Shown: piece after piece, positions 9,467 through 17,405 of the stretch | Numbering within the stretch: the first letter of the stretch is position 1 | How the letters are laid out: every line of letters begins with the position of its first letter | Assembly: GCA_049968235.1 (NCBI GenBank) | Contig: JBMFRC010000016.1 | Location: 1-63,086, forward strand | Length of the DNA: 63,086 bases | Direction of reading: 5' to 3' | From: Candidatus Hydrogenedens sp. | GTDB taxonomy: Bacteria > Hydrogenedentota > Hydrogenedentia > Hydrogenedentales > Hydrogenedentaceae | Notes under the pieces: generated by a model | Seen by the model: only the letters and a program-made list of their open reading frames with translations | Told to the model about the DNA's origin: nothing | Database searches by the model: none | Position numbers and translations under genes: made by a program

Positions 9467-10720
9467 ATGTTAAAACAAAAATCTTTATTAATGCTGTTGC
9501 TCGTAGGTTTGGTCGTTGGGCTGAGTGCTCCCAGTTTTGCAGTTCAACCACCACCTAACCCAAGTGAACTTGACTTCTGTGCTTTGTTAGATGGTGCCTA
9601 TAACCTCGTTACAAATGAATTTGCATTCTTGTTAGAGTTATTAGGTGATGACGCCGCATTATTAACAACGGTGCAATGTTCTGTTTGTGATATCAATGGC
9701 GGAATTGTAGATAACCGGCCGACACCCAACGGAATGCTGGATGGAAATTATGAACTCCGTATCATCAAAGAATTGATTCAGAATCCAACTCAGTATGCTA
9801 GCTTGGCTTCGGGAACATTACCTGGACAAATTAAGCAGGGTGTGAATCCCACCGATGTGATTAATGCATACAACGCAAACTATCAGATGTTATATACCGA
9901 TGGAATGAATACATTCTTAAATGCAACATTACCTGCCTTATGGCCCATCTTACAACAAATGTATCCAAATGTTGTTCCTCCATTATGTACAGCTCCCAAT
10001 ACACCTCCGGGTTGTATTGATAAGTCTCTTATCGTAACATTATTCCGTAATTTGTTAATGGTTCTTGCCGGTTTTGCAACAGAAGGTGATGATGCCAGTG
10101 CTGGGAGTGTTGCTACCGTTGCAGGTTTATTGGCGTTATGCGATGTGTTAAGTCAGGGTTCTTGTCTTGTAAATGATATTGTAACTGACCCAAATGCTTA
10201 TGAGAGATTACCTGAATTTTTATCCAAAGATGGTGATGCGGATGGTGACGGTTATACCAACTATGCAGAATACCAGGCATTTGCTAATGTGAAAGGTCCG
10301 GGTGATGCATTTATCGCCGCAGTATTGGACCCGTCGGTTTATCCGGGATATGTACCTCCTGCGGGAGACAAAGTAAATATTTATCCGAGTGGAACAATTA
10401 AAGTAGAAGAAGGCGGAACTATCGACTTGAGAGTAGAAGTAAAAAATATGGTCGGAACTGTAGGTTATCAATGGACCCATAATGGCGAAGACCTCGGAGT
10501 TACTCAACCACGTTTGATAATTCGGAATGTGACCAATGCAGATGCGGGGAATTATCAATGTGTAGTTACGGATGAAGCCAAAGGTACCTATGCATCATCA
10601 GTAGTTGTTGTTCAAATACTTCCCGAAGGGACAATTCCTGTCGCAGGCGGTCTCGGTCTTGCAGTAATTACAGCACTTTGCTCCGCAGGTGGTGTAATGG
10701 TTATTCGTCGCAGAAAGTAA
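9467..10720 (+). CDS. Secreted protein with an N-terminal signal peptide, a C-terminal Ig-like domain and a PEP-CTERM-like membrane-anchor tail
   Basis: GGGAGGAG ribosome-binding site at 9452-9459. Signal peptide MLKQKSLLMLLLVGLVVGLSAPSFA. Ig-like stretch GNYQCVVTDEAKGTYASSVVVV. The tail is LPEGTIPVAGGLGLAVITALCSAGGVMVIRRRK. Confidence 0.7.
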   Translation: MLKQKSLLMLLLVGLVVGLSAPSFAVQPPPNPSELDFCALLDGAYNLVTNEFAFLLELLGDDAALLTTVQCSVCDINGGIVDNRPTPNGMLDGNYELRIIKELIQNPTQYASLASGTLPGQIKQGVNPTDVINAYNANYQMLYTDGMNTFLNATLPALWPILQQMYPNVVPPLCTAPNTPPGCIDKSLIVTLFRNLLMVLAGFATEGDDASAGSVATVAGLLALCDVLSQGSCLVNDIVTDPNAYERLPEFLSKDGDADGDGYTNYAEYQAFANVKGPGDAFIAAVLDPSVYPGYVPPAGDKVNIYPSGTIKVEEGGTIDLRVEVKNMVGTVGYQWTHNGEDLGVTQPRLIIRNVTNADAGNYQCVVTDEAKGTYASSVVVVQILPEGTIPVAGGLGLAVITALCSAGGVMVIRRRK

Positions 10721-10760
10721 TTGAAGCGTCAAAATAATTTTGAATAACAAAAAATTATAA

Positions 10761-10794
10761 GGGAATCTCGTAGGAGGTTCCCTTTTGTTTTTTA
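10761..10794 (+). terminator. Rho-independent terminator
   Basis: Hairpin GGGAATCTC-GTAG-GAGGTTCCC followed by TTTTGTTTTTT, 40 nt after the stop codon of the 9467..10720 gene. Confidence 0.7.
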
Positions 10795-11672
10795 TTAAGA
10801 ATAAATGAGACTTCTGAACAAGTGGTATAAGAAGTTATGGTATAAATTATACATGTTTTTACGAGACAAAATCCCTATGAGAAATTAAAATACAAAAGTC
10901 TGTATCTTTACTTTTGCCCATTTTATTTGTTATTTTCTGTGCGTTTTGCCGTCTTCTTATTACCTATGCATATCTCACCTCTTACTTCCTTAATTCCCCA
11001 TATATCTGCTTCAAATTATATACAGTCTTTAGCAGGAAATGATATGTTCCTTTCTCTTTACCTCTCCTTGCCCTCCGTGGTGAAAAAAATATAAGCAACC
11101 ACAGGAAAATCATCACTCACTGCTCAACAGTGCTTAAAATAGTAAGGTAGGAAACATCCGCTCTCCCCAGGTTGCTTTATATAATCCTCTCTATACTCAC
11201 CTATGCTTAAATTCCTTCCATAGTATCATCTCTTGTACCTATCTCAAAAAAACATCTACATCGAGTCGGCTTCCGATGTGTCATTTCGTAATTTGTAAAA
11301 CTTGTTTGTTCTATCTCTTTTACCATACTGCATGGACCTTTCTTCATTTTTAGTTTTTCCTTGTTTTGTTATTCGACCCGAAATACTTCTGCTCTATTTA
11401 TATTATTTCTTTCTCTTCTCGTTTCATTTGTTATTACCACCTTCCCGTATATAATTCATATCATCTAATTCGGATGACTTATTCAGAGGTCTCATATATT
11501 AAAAGATGAACAAATTGTTTTTGTTTGTGGAACCACATTTTCCTAAATTAGAAGGTATAAGCAAGATATTTGTGTAACCAGATAATTATTCCTTTCATAA
11601 TTATCCCGTCAATTAGTGCGGTGGTAAAGAAGCATAGGAAAATATTTTTTGCAGGTAAATCAGAAATTAAAT

Positions 11673-11700
11673 TTGACAACGGACTGTTAATTTATATATA
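11673..11700 (+). promoter_or_regulatory. Candidate sigma-70 promoter of the csoR-like operon
   Basis: TTGACA at 11673-11678, a 16-nt spacer, then TATATA at 11695-11700, about 45 nt upstream of the ATG at 11745. Confidence 0.5.
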
Positions 11701-11703
11701 CTA

Positions 11704-11720
11704 ATACATAGTATATGTAT
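11704..11720 (+). promoter_or_regulatory. Candidate operator: inverted repeat ATACATA-gta-TATGTAT next to the -10 element
   Basis: The 7-bp arms are exact reverse complements. The outer ATAC...GTAT ends resemble the ends of described CsoR-family operators, though the core here is AT-rich. Confidence 0.35.
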
Positions 11721-11744
11721 ATTATCCGATTAAGGAGAAATATT

Positions 11745-12026
11745 ATGCAAAAAGAAGAAGAAAAGAAGAAAAAAATTGTTGAACGACTTAATCGAATTGA
11801 AGGGCAAATTCGAGGACTTCGTGTGATGATAGAAAAAGAAAAGCCCTGTTTTGATGTTTTAAAGCAGGTTTCTGCAGTTCGTGGAGCCCTTCGTTCTTTA
11901 GGCCAGGTCATTTTACAGCAACATCTCAATGAGTGCCTATTATCTTTTGGTGAAAATGAAGAAAAGATAAAAGAATTTAAAGATAACCTTGTTCACTTGT
12001 TTTCAAAAATTTGTTCCAGTGAATAA
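11745..12026 (+). CDS. CsoR/RcnR-family (DUF156) metal/persulfide-sensing transcriptional repressor; CstR-like by context
   Basis: AAGGAG at 11732-11737, 7 nt before the ATG at 11745. I prefer this start to the ORF-track start at 11715. The IERLNRIEGQIRGL helix is the CsoR signature. Cys (KPCFD) and His-x3-Cys (HLNEC) fill the W-X-Y-Z sensing positions. Confidence 0.85.
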   Translation: MQKEEEKKKKIVERLNRIEGQIRGLRVMIEKEKPCFDVLKQVSAVRGALRSLGQVILQQHLNECLLSFGENEEKIKEFKDNLVHLFSKICSSE

Positions 12027-12053
12027 AAATTAACAATATAAGGAGATATATCC

Positions 12054-14498
12054 ATGATAAAGAAACGAGTTATTATTGTAGGCGGTGTAGCCGGTGGAAT
12101 GAGTTGTGCTACACGTCTAAAAAGGTTAAATGACAGCCTGGAAGTAATTGTATTTGAAAAAGGGGGTGATGTCGCCTATGCTAATTGTGGGATGCCTTAT
12201 CATATAGGGGGCATTATTTCTGACCGTTCTCTGCTTTTAGTTCAAACTGAAAAAGGTTTACAGGGCAGGTATGGATTGGATGTTCGCACACATCATGAGG
12301 TTATTGCAGTTAACCGTGAAAAGAAAGAAGTCTCTGTCCGTAATTTAACTAATAATACAGTTTTAACTTTTCCATACGATGTTCTTGTTTTAGCAACGGG
12401 TTCTATTCCCTTAGTTCCCCCGATACCGGGTGTGGATAGTCCAAAAGTTTTTGTCTTAAATCATCTAAGTGATATGGATAAGATTATGAATATATTACCT
12501 GAAAGTAAACATGTCAGTGTTATTGGTGCTGGTTTTATTGGTCTGGAATTAGCGGAAAATTTAAGACACCGCGGTTTAGAGGTGTCCCTTATTGAAATGC
12601 AGGACCATGTAATGCCGCGTATGGATACAGAAATGACAATTCCTATATTACAAGAACTTTTATTTAACAAAGTGAATGTATATTTACAGGAAACAGCCCA
12701 GAAAATTGAAGATGGTCGTGTTTATCTTAAAAGTGGTAAGACAGTGAATAGCGATTTTGTGTGTTTGTGTGCAGGGGTTAGACCTAATACTCAATTAGCG
12801 AAAGAGGCAGGTCTGGAACTTTCCCAAACAGGACATATTCGTGTAAATGAATATATGCAGACGAACGACCCGGATATTTATGCGGTTGGTGATGTTGTAG
12901 AAGTAGCGGATATTGTTACGGGAGGTAGAACTGCGGTTCCCTTAGCCGGACCTGCAAACCGACAGGGTCGTGTTTGTGCAGACCATATTTGTGGGAGAAA
13001 TACCCCGTTTGGTGGTATTCAAGGGACGGGAATTGTCAAAGTATTCAATATTGCTGTTGCACAAACAGGCATTACAGAAGCCCAGGCAAAGGCAATGTCT
13101 CTTACCTATCGGAGAGCCTACATACACCCCATGCAACATCCCCGTTACTATCCGGGTGCACAGCCGGTAAGTGTAAAAATAATATTCAATAACGAAGGGA
13201 ATATATTGGGAGCACAGGTAGTAGGTTCTGAAGGGGTTGAAAGCATGATAAATACTTTAGCCATGGCAATTCGCCACCGCAAAACGGTTTATGATTTGGA
13301 AGATGAGGAACTTGCATATTCTCCACAATGGGGCGGAGCTAAACATGGTATTAATATGGTGGGATATGTAGCGTCAAATATACTGCGAGGAGATGTAGAG
13401 ATTGCAGAACCGGATAATATTCCATCCGGTGCCTACATTTTAGATGTGCGTGAACCTGCAGAAGCAGAAGCGGGTGCTATTCCTGATGCTACCCTTATAC
13501 CTGTTGACCAGTTACGAAGCCGGGTGTCTGAAATCCCGCGGGATAGGGTTATAGTTATCTATTGTGCAGTAGGTTTAAGAGGTTATATCGCATACCGATT
13601 TTTGAAACAACAAGGGTTTCAGGTATTGAATTTAAATGGAGGTTTCCGCTCATGGTCGTGGTTCCATAAGAAACCTACTGTAATTACACCACCCCCTACA
13701 ACAGGTATTCCCCTATCCGAAACAGCACCAGCGGATGACTCTGTGGTTGTTCCGGAGAAACACCGTCTTGATGTCTCCGGTATGCAGTGTCCCGGACCTA
13801 TTATGAAAGTAAAAGAGGTAATGGAAAAACTTCAACCGGGCGATTTATTGGAGGTATATACGACGGATGTTGGTTTTACTTGTGATGTTCCTGCATGGTG
13901 TTCTAAAACCGGGAACCGTGTATTACAGGTCCGTCCTGAAGGAAAAGGCTATCTCGTAGAGATAGTAAAAGGAGAGGCGACGCCAGAGGCCTCATCCGAA
14001 ATTGTGCCTTCCTGTAAATCCCCTGATAAAAAAGCGGTAACGATTATTTGTTTTTCCAATGATTTAGACCGTGTTATGGCAGGATTTGTAATTGCCAATG
14101 GTGCAGTCGCTATGGGATACAAAACGACGATTTTCTTTACCTTCTGGGGATTAAATGTTCTTCGTAAGGAAATGAAAGTGCGAGTAAAGAAGGGATTTTT
14201 AGAAAAGATGTTCGGTCTTATGATGCCCCGAGGAGTAAATAAACTGAAATTATCTAAAATGAACATGGGTGGAATGGGTACCCAAATGATGAAGTATGTA
14301 ATGAAGATTAAAAATGTTATGTCCTTACCGGAACTGATGAAAACCGCTATTGATTCAGGTGTACAATTCGTTGCTTGTTCCATGTCTATGGATGTGATGG
14401 GAATCAAAAAAGAGGAATTAATCGATAATGTTGAAGTAGGTGGTGTGGGCTACTATTTAGGAGAGGCTGGGAATGCAACTATCAATTTGTTTGTTTAA
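12054..14498 (+). CDS. Four-domain fusion: CoA-disulfide/persulfide reductase (pyridine nucleotide-disulfide oxidoreductase), rhodanese, TusA and DsrE/DsrF-like
   Basis: FAD motif VIIVGGVAGG. CoADR single-Cys motif YANCGMPYH. A second Rossmann fold VSVIGAGFIGLE. Rhodanese active site VIYCAVGLRG (aa ~500). TusA CPxP motif MQCPGPIMKVKE (aa ~590). The C-terminal ~140 aa look like DsrE/TusD (FVACSMSM). AAGGAG ribosome-binding site upstream. Confidence 0.85.
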   Translation: MIKKRVIIVGGVAGGMSCATRLKRLNDSLEVIVFEKGGDVAYANCGMPYHIGGIISDRSLLLVQTEKGLQGRYGLDVRTHHEVIAVNREKKEVSVRNLTNNTVLTFPYDVLVLATGSIPLVPPIPGVDSPKVFVLNHLSDMDKIMNILPESKHVSVIGAGFIGLELAENLRHRGLEVSLIEMQDHVMPRMDTEMTIPILQELLFNKVNVYLQETAQKIEDGRVYLKSGKTVNSDFVCLCAGVRPNTQLAKEAGLELSQTGHIRVNEYMQTNDPDIYAVGDVVEVADIVTGGRTAVPLAGPANRQGRVCADHICGRNTPFGGIQGTGIVKVFNIAVAQTGITEAQAKAMSLTYRRAYIHPMQHPRYYPGAQPVSVKIIFNNEGNILGAQVVGSEGVESMINTLAMAIRHRKTVYDLEDEELAYSPQWGGAKHGINMVGYVASNILRGDVEIAEPDNIPSGAYILDVREPAEAEAGAIPDATLIPVDQLRSRVSEIPRDRVIVIYCAVGLRGYIAYRFLKQQGFQVLNLNGGFRSWSWFHKKPTVITPPPTTGIPLSETAPADDSVVVPEKHRLDVSGMQCPGPIMKVKEVMEKLQPGDLLEVYTTDVGFTCDVPAWCSKTGNRVLQVRPEGKGYLVEIVKGEATPEASSEIVPSCKSPDKKAVTIICFSNDLDRVMAGFVIANGAVAMGYKTTIFFTFWGLNVLRKEMKVRVKKGFLEKMFGLMMPRGVNKLKLSKMNMGGMGTQMMKYVMKIKNVMSLPELMKTAIDSGVQFVACSMSMDVMGIKKEELIDNVEVGGVGYYLGEAGNATINLFV

Positions 14499-14525
14499 TT
14501 CGTATGTTATAAAATACAATCTACG

Positions 14526-15293
14526 ATGGATGCATTTGAATTAAAAAGAAAATTACTAGAGAAAATACATTATTGCAAGCCCAGAAGGTATGCTATTATA
14601 TACTGTCATGTTCTCTGGCGGGAAATAGCCTATTATTCTTCTATTTCTCCGCATGTTTACGATTATTTCTTTTTAGAACAGGGTTTGCATGATGCCCCTC
14701 AGTGTCTTCATGAACGACTGCAACAAAAAATAGATGAGATAGACACCTTAAAATACGATGCTATTTTAATAGGTTATGGCTTGTGCAGTAATGGAACCTT
14801 ACATATCACATCGAAACATACACCATTAGTTTTTGTAAAAGCCCACGATTGTATAACCTTCTTTCTAGGGAGCCGTGAACGGTATCGAGAATGTTTTAAT
14901 CAATTTCCAGGTATTTATTGGTTTACTCCCGGCTGGATTGAAGACAGTGTTATGCCCGGTCCGGATAGAGAAAAGGCAATTCGTGAATTATTGTCTGAAA
15001 TCTATGGAGATGAGAATCGGGATTATCTGATAGAATCGCTGGAAACCTGGAAGAAGAAATATCGCTGTGTAGGTTACATAGATTTGGGTGTCGGAAACCG
15101 TGAATTAGCCAAAGAATATACCCGACTTTCAGCCCAGTATTTAGGCTGGGAATATTATGAATTTCGAGGAGACCCTATATTATTAATTCGCTGGTTATTA
15201 GGGGAATGGGAATATTCGGATGATTTTATTATTCTACCTCCGGGGAAAAAATTAAAACCAACCTTTGATGATGAAATCGCTACAGTAGAATAA
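14526..15293 (+). CDS. Cys-rich hypothetical protein, apparently co-transcribed with the CoADR fusion
   Basis: Only a 27-nt gap after the upstream gene. 255 aa with several Cys residues (HYCKPRR, IIYCHV, GYGLCSNG, AHDCITF). No motif I can name with confidence. Confidence 0.55.
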   Translation: MDAFELKRKLLEKIHYCKPRRYAIIYCHVLWREIAYYSSISPHVYDYFFLEQGLHDAPQCLHERLQQKIDEIDTLKYDAILIGYGLCSNGTLHITSKHTPLVFVKAHDCITFFLGSRERYRECFNQFPGIYWFTPGWIEDSVMPGPDREKAIRELLSEIYGDENRDYLIESLETWKKKYRCVGYIDLGVGNRELAKEYTRLSAQYLGWEYYEFRGDPILLIRWLLGEWEYSDDFIILPPGKKLKPTFDDEIATVE

Positions 15294-15306
15294 AAAAACC
15301 TGGTTT

Positions 15307-16086
15307 TTGACATTTGTAAATATGTCTCCAACATCCCATCTAAAAAAAGGTAAGGTATATATAGGGACCAGTGGTTGGAGTTATCCTCATTGGGCAAAAG
15401 GAACTTTTTACCCCAAATCTGTGCCTACACAAAACTGGTTACAATACTATGCCTCTATTTTCAATGGAGTTGAAGTGAATTCTACATTCTATAGATTACC
15501 CAATCTATCTCTATTGCAAAAATGGAACAATGTTACCCCTCCCAATTTTACTTTTTCCATAAAAATATGGCGTCGAATATCCCACGATTTGCGATTGCGA
15601 AATGTCCAGAAGGAAATACAGGACTTTTATCAGTCTGTTTTACCTTTACAAGAAAAAACAAAAGTATTTTTATTACAGGCACCCCCTTCTTTTGTACCGG
15701 ATGTAAGTTTGCTCAATGAGTTTTTCTCTACATGGCAGGAAGTATTCAAGAGGAATCTTTTAGCAGTAGAACTACGAAATAAAAAGGGGTTTAGTGAAGA
15801 AGTCTTTGATGCGATGAGGAAATATAATGTTTCTTTATGTCTGGAAGATTATAAAAGTTGTAGTATTGATGATGTAACTACAGCAGATTGGCTTTATATC
15901 CGCAGACATGGACCTACAGGTAAATATCAAGGAGAATACACACAACAACAATTAAAAATAGAAGCAGAAAAAATAACGCGTTATATTACCTCTGGAAGAG
16001 ATGTTTTTATCTTTTTTAATAATGATTTCAATGCATATGCTCCTAAAAACGCACTGCAATTGATGTGTTTACTACAGGGTACATAA
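15307..16086 (+). CDS. DUF72 (UPF0759) family protein
   Basis: IGTSGWSYPHW...FYP...YF..VEVNSTFY is the hallmark N-terminus of DUF72 proteins. It sits 13 nt after the upstream gene. Confidence 0.8.
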   Translation: MTFVNMSPTSHLKKGKVYIGTSGWSYPHWAKGTFYPKSVPTQNWLQYYASIFNGVEVNSTFYRLPNLSLLQKWNNVTPPNFTFSIKIWRRISHDLRLRNVQKEIQDFYQSVLPLQEKTKVFLLQAPPSFVPDVSLLNEFFSTWQEVFKRNLLAVELRNKKGFSEEVFDAMRKYNVSLCLEDYKSCSIDDVTTADWLYIRRHGPTGKYQGEYTQQQLKIEAEKITRYITSGRDVFIFFNNDFNAYAPKNALQLMCLLQGT

Positions 16087-16119
16087 AAAGAGAGCATGAA
16101 AAATACATACTCTCTTTTT
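16085..16119. terminator. Bidirectional intrinsic terminator between convergent genes
   Basis: A 12-bp stem AAAGAGAGCATG / CATACTCTCTTT (one mismatch) with a 7-nt loop, flanked by an A-tract on the 5' side and a T-tract on the 3' side. It lies between the DUF72 stop (16086) and the stop of the 16140..17384 gene. Confidence 0.5.
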
Positions 16120-16139
16120 AGTAGTATCTAAATTTTAAT

Positions 16140-17384
16140 TTATCCTTCGCGGATTTCACGTTTTTCAGGGTCATAAATCTGCCGTTTACCTGTGTCATAA
16201 GCAATCATTGCCATGATACAAGCAACTGCATGTTGATAACCTGCATCTATACTTGCGTTGGGTTCATTTCCATTACGCATACATTGCAACCAATCCAAAA
16301 TATGGTCTGGATGTTCCACAGGTTCAATTTCCACTTTTTCCTTCAAAGCATCTGTTTTTGTAAAAGCACCATCAGGCAATAATATGGGATTGTTCCAATC
16401 CTGAAGGTCCATCAAGCCTTGATTCCCAAAAATCTTAAACGAATTACCCGCACCATTACCAAAATTTGTAGAATAGGAGACCATAAATCCTTCGGGATAT
16501 GTCCATAACACTTGAATATGGTCGGGACAGGTAAAATTGTATTTATCTTTCCATGTGTAAATGCCACCAGAACAAACAGCTGTCTTAGGGAATTTTGCAC
16601 CTGTGATATAATGTACAAGGTCGATGAAATGACTACCCCAACCGGGTATCGCTCCATCTGAAAATTCACGATACCCATACCATGCTGAACAGAATACGGG
16701 GTCAAAAGGTTTATCCGTTACACCCGAAGTAAATTCCTTCCAGTTCACATCTTCCGGTTTTAAGTCTTCACGAATATGCCGATACCAATAGGGGCGAGAA
16801 TCATTTCGACACTGTTCTACCCGACCCACAGTGCCAAGAATACCCGATTTATAAACTTCTTTCGCTCCGGTAAAACTGGGATAACTTCGTAATTGTGTTC
16901 CTATCTGGACAACAACCTTGTTTTCCTTTACCGCATCATAAGCAGAAATAAGTTCTTTCATATTCTTTGCTAATGGTTTTTCGCAATAAACATGTTTCTT
17001 TGCTCTGGCGGATGCTTCAAGATGTAAGCAATGCACATGGTCAGCCGAAGCAATTACTACCGCATCTACTTCCGCCTTTGACAGTAGGTCCTGATACGAC
17101 TCGAATTGTTGGGGGTCTTTGCCATATACATCTTTTACCATCTGAGCCATTTGTTCCCGGTTCCCTTTCCATGGGTCACAAACAGCGATAATATCTACAT
17201 TTTCTCTTTGACGATATGCACTGATTTGTTCAAAATGATTACGCGACCTACCTCCACAACCTATCATGCCGATAGCAATACGGTCATTGGCACCCGCGAT
17301 GCGAGAATAACTTAATGCGGAAAGAGTTACAGCAGTTCCAATCCCTGCTGTTTTAAGAAAATCACGACGCGTTTTTGGTTTCAT
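16140..17384 (-). CDS. Tat-exported Gfo/Idh/MocA-family NAD(P)-dependent oxidoreductase, copy 1
   Basis: Twin-arginine signal MKPKTRRDFLKTAGIGTAVTLSALSYSRIAGA, then a Rossmann motif IGMIGCGGRS. The Gfo/Idh/MocA pattern runs throughout. Confidence 0.85.
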   Translation of the reverse strand: MKPKTRRDFLKTAGIGTAVTLSALSYSRIAGANDRIAIGMIGCGGRSRNHFEQISAYRQRENVDIIAVCDPWKGNREQMAQMVKDVYGKDPQQFESYQDLLSKAEVDAVVIASADHVHCLHLEASARAKKHVYCEKPLAKNMKELISAYDAVKENKVVVQIGTQLRSYPSFTGAKEVYKSGILGTVGRVEQCRNDSRPYWYRHIREDLKPEDVNWKEFTSGVTDKPFDPVFCSAWYGYREFSDGAIPGWGSHFIDLVHYITGAKFPKTAVCSGGIYTWKDKYNFTCPDHIQVLWTYPEGFMVSYSTNFGNGAGNSFKIFGNQGLMDLQDWNNPILLPDGAFTKTDALKEKVEIEPVEHPDHILDWLQCMRNGNEPNASIDAGYQHAVACIMAMIAYDTGKRQIYDPEKREIREG

Positions 17385-17405
17385 AAATTTTCTCCTTCAA
17401 TAGGT

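Noticed and set aside
11687-11929. 80-aa minus-strand ORF overlapping the csoR-like gene
   Set aside because: Antisense to a well-supported gene. The translation is low-complexity and Phe/Ile-rich, typical of shadow ORFs.
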